Source: Podarcis muralis
Taxonomy: Eukaryota
NCBI RefSeq assembly: GCF_964188315.1
Contig: NC_135673.1
Coordinates: forward strand, 8,308,001 to 8,372,000
DNA: 64,000 nucleotides
Direction: 5' to 3'
The notes below the pieces were generated by a model, which saw nothing but the letters and a program-made list of their open reading frames with translations, did no database searches and was not told the DNA's origin. Within the stretch, counting starts at the first letter, position 1. The number at the start of each line of letters is the position of its first letter. The position numbers were made by a program, and so were the translations under genes. This document shows, piece after piece, positions 37,776-50,868 of the stretch.

Positions 37776-39825
37776 GATTTCATTAGGGGAGCCTATTCTC
37801 AGCCCTACCTGGAGATGCCATGTGACCTTCTGAATGCAGCACAGGTGCTCTGCCACTGAGCTATTGCCCTTCCCCTCATAGATAAATTTGTCAGGTAATG
37901 ACAGAGCACCTTTGTCTATAACAATGCAAGAGCACCAAGAGAGGTTACTGTTGGCATGCCTTCAGCCACTGTTTCTTCCCAGTTAGGAACATCTGAATAG
38001 CTCTGTTTTGTCAGGTCACAGTCCCACCTAGTATTATTAGCAGATAGGGCTTTTTGACTATTTACTTATGACTGATATTCTCTTCTAGTTTGCTATTATT
38101 GATCTTCGTGTTTTATTTGCTTGAAATGTGTTGTATGGATCTTCTGTTGTGTGAGTCACTCTAAGACCTTTTAAAAAGAAAAAAGAAAAAAAGGAGCAGC
38201 AATGAATGAATTAAATGATAACAACTATGATGATTGGAACATCCTAGAAACATCAGAAAAGCCCTGCTGAATCAGATTAAACACCCATCCAGCCCCACAT
38301 TGTGTTCTCACAATGGCCAACCAGATGCTTCTCAGAAGCCCACAAAGAGGACAGGAGTTCAACAGCACATGGGTACACATATACTTGAGTATGAAAGTTC
38401 ACATTCCAGATCCCTGTCATTGTGAATATATATTCCTGATGCTTGTCCCAAATACCCACTGCTGCTGATAATCTCTGCCTTCAAAGAATAGCTCCCATCA
38501 GCCACAGCCAACATCATCAATGATCTGGGGAGATTGAAGTTGAATTCCAGCAATATCCAGAGAGATAAATGTTCCCCATCCCGGCAATAAAGTAAAATAA
38601 CAAGGGAAAATCCTTAAATCCCTATTTTATTTTCCCACTTTCTCCATACAGTTGAACCATTGAAGGCAGAGAGTCTTTTACCCATTAAGAAAGAGCAGCA
38701 ATGGCAATGACATATATCAAAAGTCTTCTCACTCCTGCTGCGTCAAAAGCTGCAATCCACTCAATCTGCCTCCTCTCTCCTTTTTCTTTTTCTTTTAAAA
38801 AACCCAAACACTTTCAAGACATACTGGTTCCCCCCCACCAAGTGCCAAAAGATGGCCTGTGGCCCAGAGTCTTTTGGCAGCAACTGGATCTACTAGCAGA
38901 TTTTCCTTAAGCAAGGCAAGCCATTTCAAGCTGTTCCCCATGAAAGCCTCCTCTGACTGCCACTGTTCATTTTTGTTAATCTGCCCTAATGAGGTCCCTT
39001 GCATCTCATTGGAGCATGCACAAGTGAGTTGACCTCACCGGTTCCTCCAAGTTCCCACACCAAAGCGCCTGGCAGCTTGAAATATATAAGCAGAGAGAAA
39101 TTGACCTGAGTTAGAGAAGGCTGCCGAACAAGAACATTGGCACTTCTGTGGCAGCTTTTTCAAACCTGATGATGTTCAGAACTTCAATTCCAACTGGCTC
39201 TAATCTGCATGGTCAATAATAATGGGAGTTGTAGTTCAAAACATCTGGAGGGCATCAGGTTGGGGAAGGCTGTTCTATGGCCTCTGGTTATTGGGGGTTT
39301 TCAGGGACTGCAGAACTTGGAACTTGAACACCACAAAACTAACCAAACTATTACAGATTATATCCAAACTCTGGTAACCTTTGGACTTAGCTGAAGGCTT
39401 CAGGTTGGGGTCTCAAGCGACAGAACCACCTTCAGGCAGAAAAGGTAATAGGTAAAAGGTAAAGGATCCCTGGATGGTTAAGTCCAGTTAAAGACAACTA
39501 TGTCTATGTCAGGCCGAGGAAGCCAGCTTTTGTCCACGGACAGATATCAATGACCTGCCTTGGTATAAATGAGTTTTCTATTTTCTACATCAGTGAATAC
39601 AGAAACCTGCGGCTCTCCCAGTGTTGTTGAACTCCATCAGCCCCAGACAGCATGGCCAATGGTCAGGGATGATGGGAGCTGTAGTCCAATGGCATCTGGA
39701 AGACCTCCAGTTCCCCACCCCTGTTCCATATGATTTAATACTATGGGGAGTATATGAAAAGTTTTACCCATGCACAGTGCATTCTATTGCTGCATCTTTT
39801 GACAGCTAATTCCATGAGTTGCAAT

Positions 39826-39960
39826 CTTGGTGAATCAGGGGAATTCTGTGGACATAGTGCATTTTGATTTCAGTAATGCTATGGACACCGCCCCCATGAT
39901 ATTCTTGTAAGGAAGCTGCTAAAATGTGGGCTCCGCAAGGTAACTGCATTTGACCGAACT
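39826..39960 (+). mobile_element. CR1 RT fragment
   Basis: VNQGNSVDIVHFDFS...PHDILVRKLLKCG, homologous to 30480-30580. Confidence 0.7.
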
Positions 39961-42580
39961 TGATAATACCCAGAGTTTTCTAGATTATCTAGCCCATGCA
40001 TCTAGATTCTTTTAGAGTATTTCATAAGAAGTCCTAATAATAATAATATTATCTTCTGACCAATGGAGGCTGTTCCTCATTAGAACTGGTGGTGCAGAAG
40101 GCTGGGATCCCAACAGCAGGTGCCACCAGAGTCAATGACAGGCACAGCCAGAGCCAAAGATATAGGTAGAGCAAACTAATTATTTTCTTGTTCGCCTTCT
40201 TCTCTCTGTTGGGTTCTACAAAAAAGGAGGAGGAAGCTGGCAGGCAGGGCCACTCCCTGCAATGGTTGGAAGTAGAAAGGCAAGGAGGTCTGGGATGTGC
40301 TAAGGACAGGCTGAGGTTGGTGGGGCAATGCCCCACTAGCCCCAATAAACCAGTCTCCACTGCTTATGGTTTTCCTGCAGAATGCACACATACACTGATG
40401 CTAACAGCATCCTGGCCGAAACGTACTCCTGTTGAGATATGACAGGCATACACTATCCATACTTTACAGAAAGAACTAAAGGCATTTTTGTTTTGACAAG
40501 CTGGATGAAAAGGTATCTGCCTTGGGTGCTCATTTTGTTGTTTTCTGTAGGTGCTTAGAAATACTTTTAGTTGTTTTATGGTATATTTGTTAATCGCCTA
40601 GAGAAATGTAAAAAAGGGAGAGCTATGCACAGCCTCCCCACCAATCCAATGGGCCCCCCAATTCCCCCCAACCTAGGCTGGGCTGACCCAGGGAGTATCC
40701 AACCTGGATCTGGCCCCAACTCAACTCAGTGGTAGGGATGGTTTTAAAATCCTAATTATAAACATGGCTGTGAGGGGCAGAGGAAGGAGGTGCTGTGTGT
40801 CCATCCCCTCCTCTTGACCACATTGCAGAACAGGAGGGTCCATCCTGCTGGGTGATGTTCCACTAGTACATTTCCTGAAATGATCATGCTGGCGTATCAC
40901 ACACCTGCAGCCTGCTGGTTTGAATCACCTTAGGGTTCAATCCTGCTCAGTATTAATGTGCTCTTGTGTGTATCATCTGTGAATAGATGCATAGATGAAT
41001 AGCCAAATCTTCTTCCTACCTGATGCTTCATACCCTAACAGCCCCGGCCACTTTGGAATCCTTGACCCAGGGCAGTCTAGAACTTGCTCCCCCTCAGCCA
41101 AAGCCTGGATCCCCCTCCATTGGTCCTGTTTTGTTCAGGATGTGGACTTTGACAGAAACCAGTGCACAGGCCTAAAATTAACAACAACAACAACATTCTC
41201 TCTTCCTGATTGATGGAGCTAGAGGTATCATGAGCCCACCTCCTTGGTTTAACATCTCTCTAAGCATACTTAAGTAATTATGGGCACACAGTGGCCTCTT
41301 TCTTGCCTCTCTTGTTTCAACAGAATTAATCTGCTGTGCCCCAGGGGCTCTGTGTTTTATTATGAAAAGGTAAACTGAGCTACCAAGAAGTAATTGGCAG
41401 AAGCCAGTGCCTTAGGATTTCTCGATTTTCACTGGAGAAATGTTGGAGGGTATGGAATTATCTGACCCCCGAGCCATCTGAAGACAACCTGGACTAGGGA
41501 ATATTTTTAAAAAATGTTTCTTGTTTTATTATGTTTTTATATGTGTTGGAAGCTGCCCAGGGTGCCTAGGGCAATGCAATAAGATGTATAGGGTATGAAT
41601 AGGAAAATTATCAATATGGAATGGGATGTCCCTCGTTTCATCGGTGGAATGTTGGAGGGCATACAAGGGGTGCAAGCAATAACAAAGCCATCCGACTTAA
41701 CAGTGCAAAGTGTGGGGAGGTTCAAGCTACCCTCATCTTCAGGAATACAATTATGGATTTGAGAAGTTGTTTTGCTGCTGCCAGTGAATGGTGTTTTTTA
41801 TTTACTGCATTTGAGGTTTCAATATTATGTACTGTATTTCTATTTCTTTTTTATTTCTTTGAGTGTTTGTTTGAACTGAATAGCATGGTAGAATAACAAC
41901 AAGAGCAACAACAATAGATGCAAAAATGGGTGTGGCAACAGATGTAACTCTTACCTTCTGTACAATTGGCTACATCCCAACTGTGCTAAATATACACACA
42001 AACATCATCCAGTCAAGCAAGAGGCATTGTAATAGTCCATGAACTCATTCCAGCCAAGCAAAAGCACTCAAGGGAGGACATGGAAAAGGACTGGTGATGG
42101 GCGTGGCATAGGGAGAGTGGGTGTAGCTCAGGGAGAGTCCAAAGTGCCAGGTAGAGAGACCTTGAAGGCTGCATTTAGCCCCCAGACCTAAGGTTCCCCA
42201 CCGCAGGCTAATATTTCAAGAGCCACACAAAGGCCTCATCCAGATGATGAGGACCTTCCCCACCAATCAAGGAAGCTCGGAAGGACACATTTTCTTCTAG
42301 ATCAAGCCAAGGGGTGTTCACCCATCTCTATTCCATATCACTTTCTAGATTTGGTTCAAGGTGCTGGTGTTGACTCCACAACAACTTAAATGGTTTGGGC
42401 TCAGCATATCCTAGAGTCTGCATCTGCCACTCTGTTTCACCACAGTTTTGAAGGTCTTATTCAGTTGCAAACTGATCGCTTCTGAACTCACTGCTGACCT
42501 CTTCCTGGAGGTCAACCACCCTGTCATGATATTGGTTTCACAGAGAAGTAACTTGCTCCATGTAACTTTAACTGTTGCAG

Positions 42581-42710
42581 GACCATTGATAGGAGGGAGA
42601 GCTGATCGGCACAATCACATCGAAACAAGCTTTTCTCATTGTTCCTTTCTATTGTGAACATAAAGGAGATTTGAAGCCATAAGAGAATTCCCAAGGAACT
42701 GAACCTCAAC
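42581..42710 (+). other. TNC: TNC exon 2, 5' UTR portion
   Basis: Acceptor TGTTGCAG|GACC at 42580/42581; no ATG before the strong-Kozak start AACATGG at 42711. Confidence 0.65.
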
Positions 42711-43173
42711 ATGGGCCTCCATGTTTGGGTACTGGCCTTGGTGACCATCGCTTTATTCCATCAACACGTTCATGGTGGACTCATCAAAAGAATTATTCGG
42801 CAGAAGAGGGAGGCTGGACTCAATGTCACATTGCCGGAGGACAACCAGCCTGTGGTCTTTAACCATGTCTACAATATTAAAGTCCCCGCAGGCAACCTCT
42901 GCTCTGTGGACTTGGACTCAGCAAGTGGCGACTCAGAACTCAAGACTCAGACTGAGCAGGACAAGCAATACCAGGAGCATACATTGAATGAGGAGAACCA
43001 GATTGTCTTCACACACAGGATAAACATCCCACGACGGGCTTGTGGCTGTGCAGCAGCCCCTGATATCAAGGATCTCCTAAGTAGGTTGGAGGAACTGGAG
43101 GGACTGGTGTCCTCTCTGCGAGACCAGTGCACCAGTGGATCCGGGTGCTGCCCCAGTGGACAACCAGCAATAG
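42711..43173 (+). CDS. TNC: Tenascin-C exon 2 coding part: signal peptide, RQKR furin-like site, assembly domain with heptad repeats
   Basis: [16 protein letters not shown]...IIRQKRE...[11 protein letters not shown]...[44 protein letters not shown], hallmark TNC N-terminus; donor ATAG|GTATGG, phase 1. Confidence 0.97.
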
Positions 43174-43379
43174 GTATGGCAAAGCAGATGCTCCAACTAC
43201 TGAGCTATGGCCCTTCAACAATGTAATGACTGGGGTGCTGAGTTAGGAACAAAGGAAGCTGCCTTATGCTGAATCAGACCACTGGTCCATCTAGTCCAGC
43301 ATTGTCTACACTGACTGGCAACAGCTCTCCAAAGTTTCAGGCAGGGGGATCTTCCTGTCCTAGCAGGAGATGCTGGGAA

Positions 43380-43875
43380 TAATAATAATAATAATTTATT
43401 ATTTATACCCCGCCCATCTGGCTGGGTTTCGCCAGCCACTCTGGGTGGCTCCCAACAGAATTAAAAGCACAATAAAACATCAGACATTAAAAACTTCCTG
43501 AACAGGGCTGCCTTCAGATGTCTTCTAAAAGCCAGATAGTTGTTTATTTCCTTGACATCTGATGGGAGGGCATTCCACAGCATGGGTGCCACCACTGAGA
43601 AGGCCCACTGCCTGGTTCCCTGTAAGCTCACTTCTTGCATTGAGGGAACCATCAGAAGACCCTCGGAGGAGGACCTCAGTGTCCGGGCTGAACAATGGGG
43701 GTGGAGATGCTTCTTCAGGTATACTGGGCCGAGGCCATTTAGGGCTTTAAAGGTCAGCACCAACACTTTGAATTGTGTTCAGAAACATACTGGGAGCCAA
43801 TGTAGGTCTTTCAGGACCAGTGTTATATGGTCTCGACTGCCACTCCCAGTAACCAGACCAGCTGCCGAATTCTGG
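43380..43875 (-). mobile_element. L2 LINE 3' fragment, apparently inside a tRNA-derived SINE, TNC intron 2
   Basis: LVLTFKALNGLGPVYLK...AFSVVAPMLWNALP; (AAT)n tail. Confidence 0.87.
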
Positions 43876-45529
43876 AGCAGATGCTCCAATGCATGCAGAG
43901 CAGATGTTCTACCACCAAGCCATAACAACAGGTGTTATTGTTGTGGGATTCAGAAATGCTGCACAGTAAACTGCTGATTCCTCATATGTTTGCTGTCCTA
44001 AAAGGCTTTCAGTCTATTAGGTGGACCCAAATAAATAAATCAGGAAAGGAAGTTGTAGTTGAGAAAGGCCCATGATGGATAACAGGTACACGGTGCAGTT
44101 GTTTCATTTGTTCATTCTGTTTAATAATGTATACCTCACATTCCCAAATATTTCTTCAAAGAGCCTACTTACACATTCAGAACACAAAATGAATAAAGCA
44201 TTCAACATTTAAAGGGGAATCAATATTAAATCCTATTAGCAGTCACAAAATAAACCCCAGTGTGGCTGGTACTTTTCCCTGTTTTAAATGGTGAGTGTGT
44301 TGTGAATAGACTGTGGGTAGCTAGGGATTCTATCTCACTTTTGTGCAATAAGTCGCATTCCGGCCATGCAAAAGTGAGAGGTCTGTACACACACGTCACA
44401 TTTCTCCATCTCCCATCCAGGCAATCAAGAAGCATTGTCAAAGAAGCATTCCAGCCACCCAAATGTACTCAGGCTGGATGCAGCCTATGGGAGGGTCTAT
44501 GATCTGGAGAGAGTCCTTTTGAGGGCCAAAAAAAAGAGGCATGGAGGGTTGTGTATGGCTCTGTAGCCTGAGTTTCCCACCCCTGGGTAGGTGGATAGAC
44601 TATATGCAAGGAGGTGGTGCATCACAGTTAGGAAGCAACTGGTATTGGCTGTAGGCACCCTACTAGAGGAAGGGCCTTAGCAGAAGCATGGTAATACAGG
44701 CCCCTGTTGTCAGCCCTGGAAAAGCATTCCCCATGCACCCTTCATCCAGTGAGCTCTGGACAGGCTCGAAAAGGCCACACGAAAACAATCCTGCATTCAC
44801 ACATACATTTGCAGCTATTGAGATTCCTCCCCACCATCAGCGCAGGTTTATGAATCAAGAATGCCAAGGAAGGCAGAAAAGTCAGTGAACCAACTTCTCA
44901 TTATCATTAATTGCTTAATGCCAAGATAAGTATGTAAGTGGGTTACAAAAACAGCTACACAAATATAAAAACATCCATAATGAAAAGGCACATTGTGTTG
45001 TATCAAATTCCATGTTAAAGGCATTTAGTGGCATACGTGTTCTGTTTGTGAATGCTGTTGCACAAGAAAATGCATAAGCAGGTTTGTGGTAACTTTGCTG
45101 CGCAACATATTTGGCACTCTGTCCTGCAATGAATTTCATCTTGCCCACGGCTAACACTCAGTTGTCCACTAGCCCAAGAGACTTTTGCTTCAGCAGACAG
45201 AGACATAGCTCAGAGAAGACTCACTGAAATTAATTGTCATGACTAATTTCAATGAGTCTGTTCCAGATATAATTTAGTTGGAGAATAAAACATTAAAACA
45301 ATATAAACTTGCACCATCAAAACATGTAACAAAACAATCCCATTAAAGCAGTTAAAACAGGAGCCTCAAGTCAAGAGAACAAGGGAACACCTACCTAAGT
45401 ATTGTCAGAAGCTGAAAGGATGCCAGTACAGGTGATTGGTTGGTGTGTTTTTCCCCAAGTTTGATTTTTTTTGAAATTTCTGACTTAAACCAAGACTTGG
45501 AAGGAGTAGCAGTGTGCCTCTGAGTACCA

Positions 45530-45686
45530 GTTCTTGGGAATCACAAGTTGGGGAATGGGCTGTTGTGCTCAGGTCCTGCTAGTGGGATTCCCATAAGCAT
45601 CCAGGTGACCACTGGGATAACAGGATGCTGGACTAGATGGGCCGTTGGCCTGATCCGGCAGGGCTCTTCTCATGTGTTTATGTTAA
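45530..45686 (+). mobile_element. CR1-type 3' tail just upstream of exon 3 (similar tails at ~8340-8455 and ~38235-38345)
   Basis: CAGGATGCTGGACTAGATGGGCC..GGCCTGATCC.GCAGGGCTCTTCT, a typical reptile CR1 3' end. Confidence 0.6.
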
Positions 45687-45786
45687 TGGAGGGAAACTTC
45701 TTATCCATAATGTTTTCTGGTGCTTCTTTGTTAGCCATTGCTGTAATTTTTTTATGATGGCCTGCTTCCTTGTTTCACTGGCACAG

Positions 45787-47379
45787 GTCACATTGATGCT
45801 ACTCCCTACTGCAGTGGACGCGGAAACTACAGTAATGATGTCTGTGGCTGCATCTGTGAACCTGGTTGGAAGGGCCCCAACTGCTCTGAACCAGAATGCC
45901 CCCAGAATTGCAACAACAGAGGGCAATGTGTCAATGGCAAGTGCATTTGTGATGAAGGCTTCACAGGGGAGGACTGTGGGCAACTGACATGTCCTGGGGA
46001 CTGCAATGACCAAGGCAAATGTGTTGATGGCAAGTGTGTGTGTTTTGATGGCTACGCCGGGGAGGACTGTAGCCAGGAAGTTTGCTTGGTGCCATGCAGC
46101 GAGAATGGGAAATGCGTCAATGGGCAGTGCATCTGTACAGAAGGCTTCAGTGGGACAGACTGCAGCCAATCCCTGTGCCTCAATAATTGCAATAACCGTG
46201 GGCGCTGTGTGGAGGAGGAGTGTGAGTGTGACGAAGGTTACACTGGAGAAGATTGCAGTGAGCTTATTTGCCCCAACGACTGCTACGACCGTGGCCGTTG
46301 CGTTAATGGGACCTGCTATTGCGATGCTGGGTTCACTGGAGAAGATTGTGGGGAAATGACTTGTCCCAGCAACTGCCATGGGAATGGTCGTTGTGACAAG
46401 GGTTCGTGTGTATGCTATGAAGGGTTCATGGGGGATGACTGCGCCGACCGGAGGTGCCCCAAAGACTGCAACAAACGCGGCCGTTGTATTAATGGACAAT
46501 GTGTGTGCCATGCAGGTTTCCTGGGCCTTGACTGTGGAGAAGTGAGATGCCCCAGTGACTGCAACAACCACGGTCGCTGTGTGAATGGCCAGTGCGTGTG
46601 CAATGAAAAGTACATGGGAGATGACTGCAGTGAACTGCGGTGCCCCAATGACTGCAATAACCGTGGCCGCTGCATCAAGGGGCAGTGTGAGTGTGATGAG
46701 AGGTTTATGGGGGATGACTGTGGAGACTTGAAATGCCCTAATGACTGCCACAACCATGGAAGGTGTATCAATGGGCAGTGCATGTGCAACGAGGGCTTTG
46801 TGGGTGAGGACTGTGGGCAGCTGCAGTGCCCCAACGACTGCAACGACCGGGGACGCTGTGTCAATGGCAAGTGTGTGTGTGATGACGCCTTCACTGGGGT
46901 GGACTGCAGTGAACTGCGGTGCCCAAAAGACTGCAACAGGCATGGTCGCTGCATCAATGGCCAGTGTGTGTGTGATGAGGGCTACACAGGGGAGGATTGT
47001 GCTGAAAGGACCTGTCCCAATGACTGCAACAACCGTGGGCGCTGCATCAATGGTGTGTGTGTTTGCAATGAAGGCTTTGTTGGGGATGACTGCCGAGAAC
47101 TGGCCTGTGTGAACAACTGCAGTGGCCGAGGCCGTTGCATGAACGGGCAGTGTGTTTGTGAAGAGGGCTTCACCGGGGTAGACTGCAGCCAACTGCAGTG
47201 CCCCAAAGACTGCAACAATCAAGGGCGCTGCATCAACGGAGTGTGCATATGCGACGAGGGATACCAGGGACAAGATTGCAGTGAGCAGTCCTGCCCCAAC
47301 AACTGCAACGATCTCGGCCGCTGTGTCAACGGACAGTGTGTCTGTGAAGAAGGTTATGTAGGCGATGACTGTTCTGATG
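45787..47379 (+). CDS. TNC: Tenascin-C exon 3: EGF-like array (one half plus 16 full 31-aa repeats)
   Basis: Acceptor GCACAG|GT, donor GATG|GTAAGT; 1593 nt open frame; CP..C...G.C..G.C.C..G..G.DC repeats every 93 nt from 45897; the first five repeats match the TNC-specific order (e.g. [23 protein letters not shown]). Confidence 0.98.
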
Positions 47380-47499
47380 GTAAGTACCACCCAAACAGTT
47401 ACCATTATGTGCATGGGCTCCCCCCCCCCCCCGGAGGCAAGGTGGGGCAGTTGCCCACATGGATGAATCACCATTCTCAGCATTCTTTTGTTTATTTGT

Positions 47500-48270
47500 T
47501 TTTTATTTATGAAATTTTAACAGCTTTTATGCACACATTGTACTGTATTCATCACTTCTTTTCCAAAGACTTCCTAACCCATCTCTCTGTGGCATACCAT
47601 GGAAATCTTGATCTGCTACATATCCTCATATTTTACCCATTATCATTTCAAGACTTCCTTTTTGATGTTATCTGCTACTCATATGTTAACTCCTACTTGT
47701 AGGTTAAATTGTATATTATACCCTCTAAGATAATCTCCAAAACACCTCCACTCTTTTCTTATCTTTAACTCATCCTTATTCCTTAGTTTTGCCGTCATGG
47801 TTACTAATTCTATGCATTCTATCCATTTTTTCTGCCAGATTTCCTTTGTGGGTATCTCTTCTGCTTGCCTTTTTTTTTGTTTGTTTGTTTGTTTGTTTTT
47901 TTGCATATACTATTCTAGCTGCAGTGGTTGCGTACAAAAAAATATTGAGTGTCTTTTTTGGAATGTCATCACCTATTATCTCTAATAGAAAGGCCTCTGG
48001 TATTTGGGGAAATGTGAGTTTTAGAATCTGTTTCTAATTCTGTGTGGATAATTTACATGAGCATATTTGCATGACCACCACGTATGGATCAGGGTTCCCT
48101 CCACTTCGTGGCACTTCCAGCATAAATTAGACCCTTTTAAATACATTTTCACTATTTTTTCTGGGTGTCAAGTACCACCGGTACATAATCTTTTGTAGGT
48201 TTACTTAATATGTTGTAACCAATATCTATGGCCCATTTTGTCATTGGCCCATTTTGCCCCACACTTTCTA
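47500..48270 (-). mobile_element. Older degraded L1 3' fragment in TNC intron 3
   Basis: Minus strand reads IMYRWYLTP...CWKCHEVEGTLIHTWWSC...EIPTKEIWQKK, homologous to the C-terminus of the 20.7-22.7 kb L1 but with stops. Confidence 0.75.
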
Positions 48271-48648
48271 GGCAGAGGTCTGCACTTTAAAGTTCCAAGC
48301 CTGAGTACTCTTTCTTTTCCTCCCCAGAGCTTTCCCTATGAAAACCTGCTCTTTAAAACTGAAGTGCAATGAAAAGCAATTTGGGTTTTCTGTGGATTTC
48401 CGTTTCCTCCAATTCAGCTGTAAAGAGCAGGTTTTTGTGGGGAAAGCTCAGGAGCAACAACAACAAAAAAGAGCACTTGGACAGAGCTTTAAAGCATGGA
48501 AGTATGAGAAGGCTAGAGTGAAGAGAAAAGCAACCTCCTCTCAGCACCCTAAACAAACTGTGTTTCCAGGAGTCTCTGAGGGAAGCTGTTACAGTTTAAA
48601 GTGCTATGATACTGTTCTAAATGCACAGTGCAGATGGCTTCAAAGTTA

Positions 48649-49011
48649 AAGGTAAAAGGTAAAGGTACCCCTGCCCGTACGGGCCAGTCTTGACAGACTC
48701 TAGGGTTGTGCACCCATCTCACTCTATAGGCCGGGGGCCAGCGCTGTCCGGAGACACTTCCGGGTCACGTAGCCAGCATGACAAAGCTGCATCTGGCGAG
48801 CCAGCGCAGCACACGGAACACCGTTTACCTTCCCGCTGGTAAGCGGTCCCTATTTATCTACTTGCACCCGGGGGTGCTTTCGAACTGCTAGGTTGGCAGG
48901 CGCTGGGACCGAACAACGGGAGCGCACCCCGCCGTGGGGATTCGAACCGCCGACCTTTCGATCGGCAAGCCCTAGGCACTGAGGCTTTTACCCACAGCGC
49001 CACCTGCGTCC
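48649..49011 (-). mobile_element. Sauria SINE, subfamily B, full length
   Basis: 14-bp TSD TGGCTTCAAAGTTA (48635-48648, 49016-49029). Confidence 0.92.
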
Positions 49012-49356
49012 GAAGTGGCTTCAAAGTTAGAAACGAGCTAAAGGTTCAGCACAAACATTTAATAGAGACCTCTTTTAACTGTACTATGTTGAACAGCAGG
49101 GTATGGGTAGCATTTTTTTCTCTAAAAACAACAACAAGCAATGTGAAATCCATGTTCTAGTGTACATAGGGTGCTGGTGGGAGCCCTTAGAACCCTGATT
49201 CCCCACCCGCAGTCCAAAATGACTACCCCCACCCCTGTTCATGCAGCCTAGCCCTTAGCATGGCAAATGATCTGTGTCTCAGTTTTAAAAACACATGCCA
49301 TTTGATTCTCTGCCATAGTACATGTTTTTATTTTATCTTTTAATTTCTCTTCTTAG

Positions 49357-49620
49357 TATTGCCTCCAAGAGATCTGACAGTTACAGATGTGACTGACAAG
49401 ACTGTCAACCTGGAATGGAAGAATGAAAATGTGGTCACTGAATACCTCATCACCTACATCCCTACCAGAACTGGTGGCTTAGACTTTGAGTTCAGAGTGC
49501 CTGGGAACCATACGTCAGCCACCATCCGAGAGCTGGAGCCTGGTGTGGAATACTTCATCCGTGTTTTTGCCATCCTGAAGAACAAGAAGAGCATCCCAAT
49601 TAGTGCCCGGGTAGCCACTT
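49357..49620 (+). CDS. TNC: Tenascin-C exon 4: FNIII domain 1
   Basis: TCTTAG|TA..ACTT|GTGAGT; 264 nt; [20 protein letters not shown]...[30 protein letters not shown]. Confidence 0.97.
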
Positions 49621-50868
49621 GTGAGTACATTAAAGCCCAGCTGAGACATTCAATTAACTTGTTTGTCTACAAAACACTTACCTTCCTGTAAAATCAGGAT
49701 GGTATACATGGGTGCACTGCTGTTTGCTTCTATGTTATTATTTCTATGTTATGAGCCCAGATGTAATTAAGTGGGTACTAGTTGGGGCAGCCATCATTTC
49801 CCCTGGTTCAGAAATCCTTTCTCCAATACTAGCCAAGTGCAAAACACCTCTTATTTAGCAAAGGAGGCTGGTCCATTAGGGTGAATGGGGCCTGACACTG
49901 CCCTGCCAGCTCTCACCTGCCTACCTTTTTTACTTAGGACCAGCGCAGAGGGTAGAACTGCCTATTAGCGTCCTCCTCCTTCCTCTGCCCCTTGCAGAAC
50001 CAAGCAGGGAGGCGCTTCATCAGAAAGCCATACCTGAGTGAAGCCAATGCCCTTACTCTGGAATGACAACATGTAGGCAAAGGGGGGAAATGGGCCAAGG
50101 ACGGGGCATGAAAAGATTTAAGCTATCTTTACAGCCCCCGCCTCCCGCCCTGTTGATATTTTCAACCCCTCCCATTGCAAGAATCTCCTGATCTGATGTT
50201 TTCAGAAAGGAGGGGGCGGAAACTGCTCTTCTTCTCTTCCGCTCCTGACTGCCTGCCTGACTCTGTGTGGAGAGAGTCTTATCTATGTAGTGACTAGATG
50301 GCTGAGTGGGAGCTGTAACACTCAATGCAAGCCAGTAGTTCTTTAGTTTGCAGTAGCTATTAGAAATAAAAGAAGTTATGCTTCACAGCTAGCTTCCGCG
50401 TTATTTATTCTCTGCTGAGTCTGGTCTCACAATGCACAGTTGTGAGTCCAGTGCACTGAGACCTGCTTTCCAGAACTGGAAGGTCTCTGAAAGTGCTCCA
50501 GTTGCCTAGCCCAGTTAGGGCAGAACCAGTTATTAAGCCCAGTCGCTGACATCGGTTGAAAGGCGTACTGACACGCCCCACCCCACATTGCAAACAGGAA
50601 TGTGGCTCTTTGCAACCTTCCAATGAGTTGATGAAGTTGGAGGAACTGCTTTGTTTCAGTCCTAAATCCTGGGCCTTCCTCAAGAATGACAGGGAAAAGA
50701 TTTGATAGTGTGTTCCCAGTATGTCAGATTTCCTCTTTGTAGCTTACTGGCTTTCAAGTAGAGTTCCAGCATATAGTGTTGGGGGTATTTCTATATATAT
50801 ATTTAATGAATATGGTTTGAACGCTGAAGCCATGCCTCATGCATCTGCTTTCTGCTATTGCTTTCCAG

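Noticed and set aside
45678-47483. 601-aa minus-strand ORF, and other overlapping ORFs across exon 3
   Set aside because: Antisense or alternative-frame shadows of the periodic Cys/Gly-rich EGF array; the products are low-complexity and simply mirror the 93-nt repeat.
47380-47702. In-frame read-through of exon 3 into intron 3 (~107 extra codons), suggesting a truncated EGF-only isoform
   Set aside because: A consensus GTAAGT donor is present, the extension runs into a decayed antisense L1, and I saw no nearby poly(A) signal. Chance ORF extension unless RNA data show otherwise.
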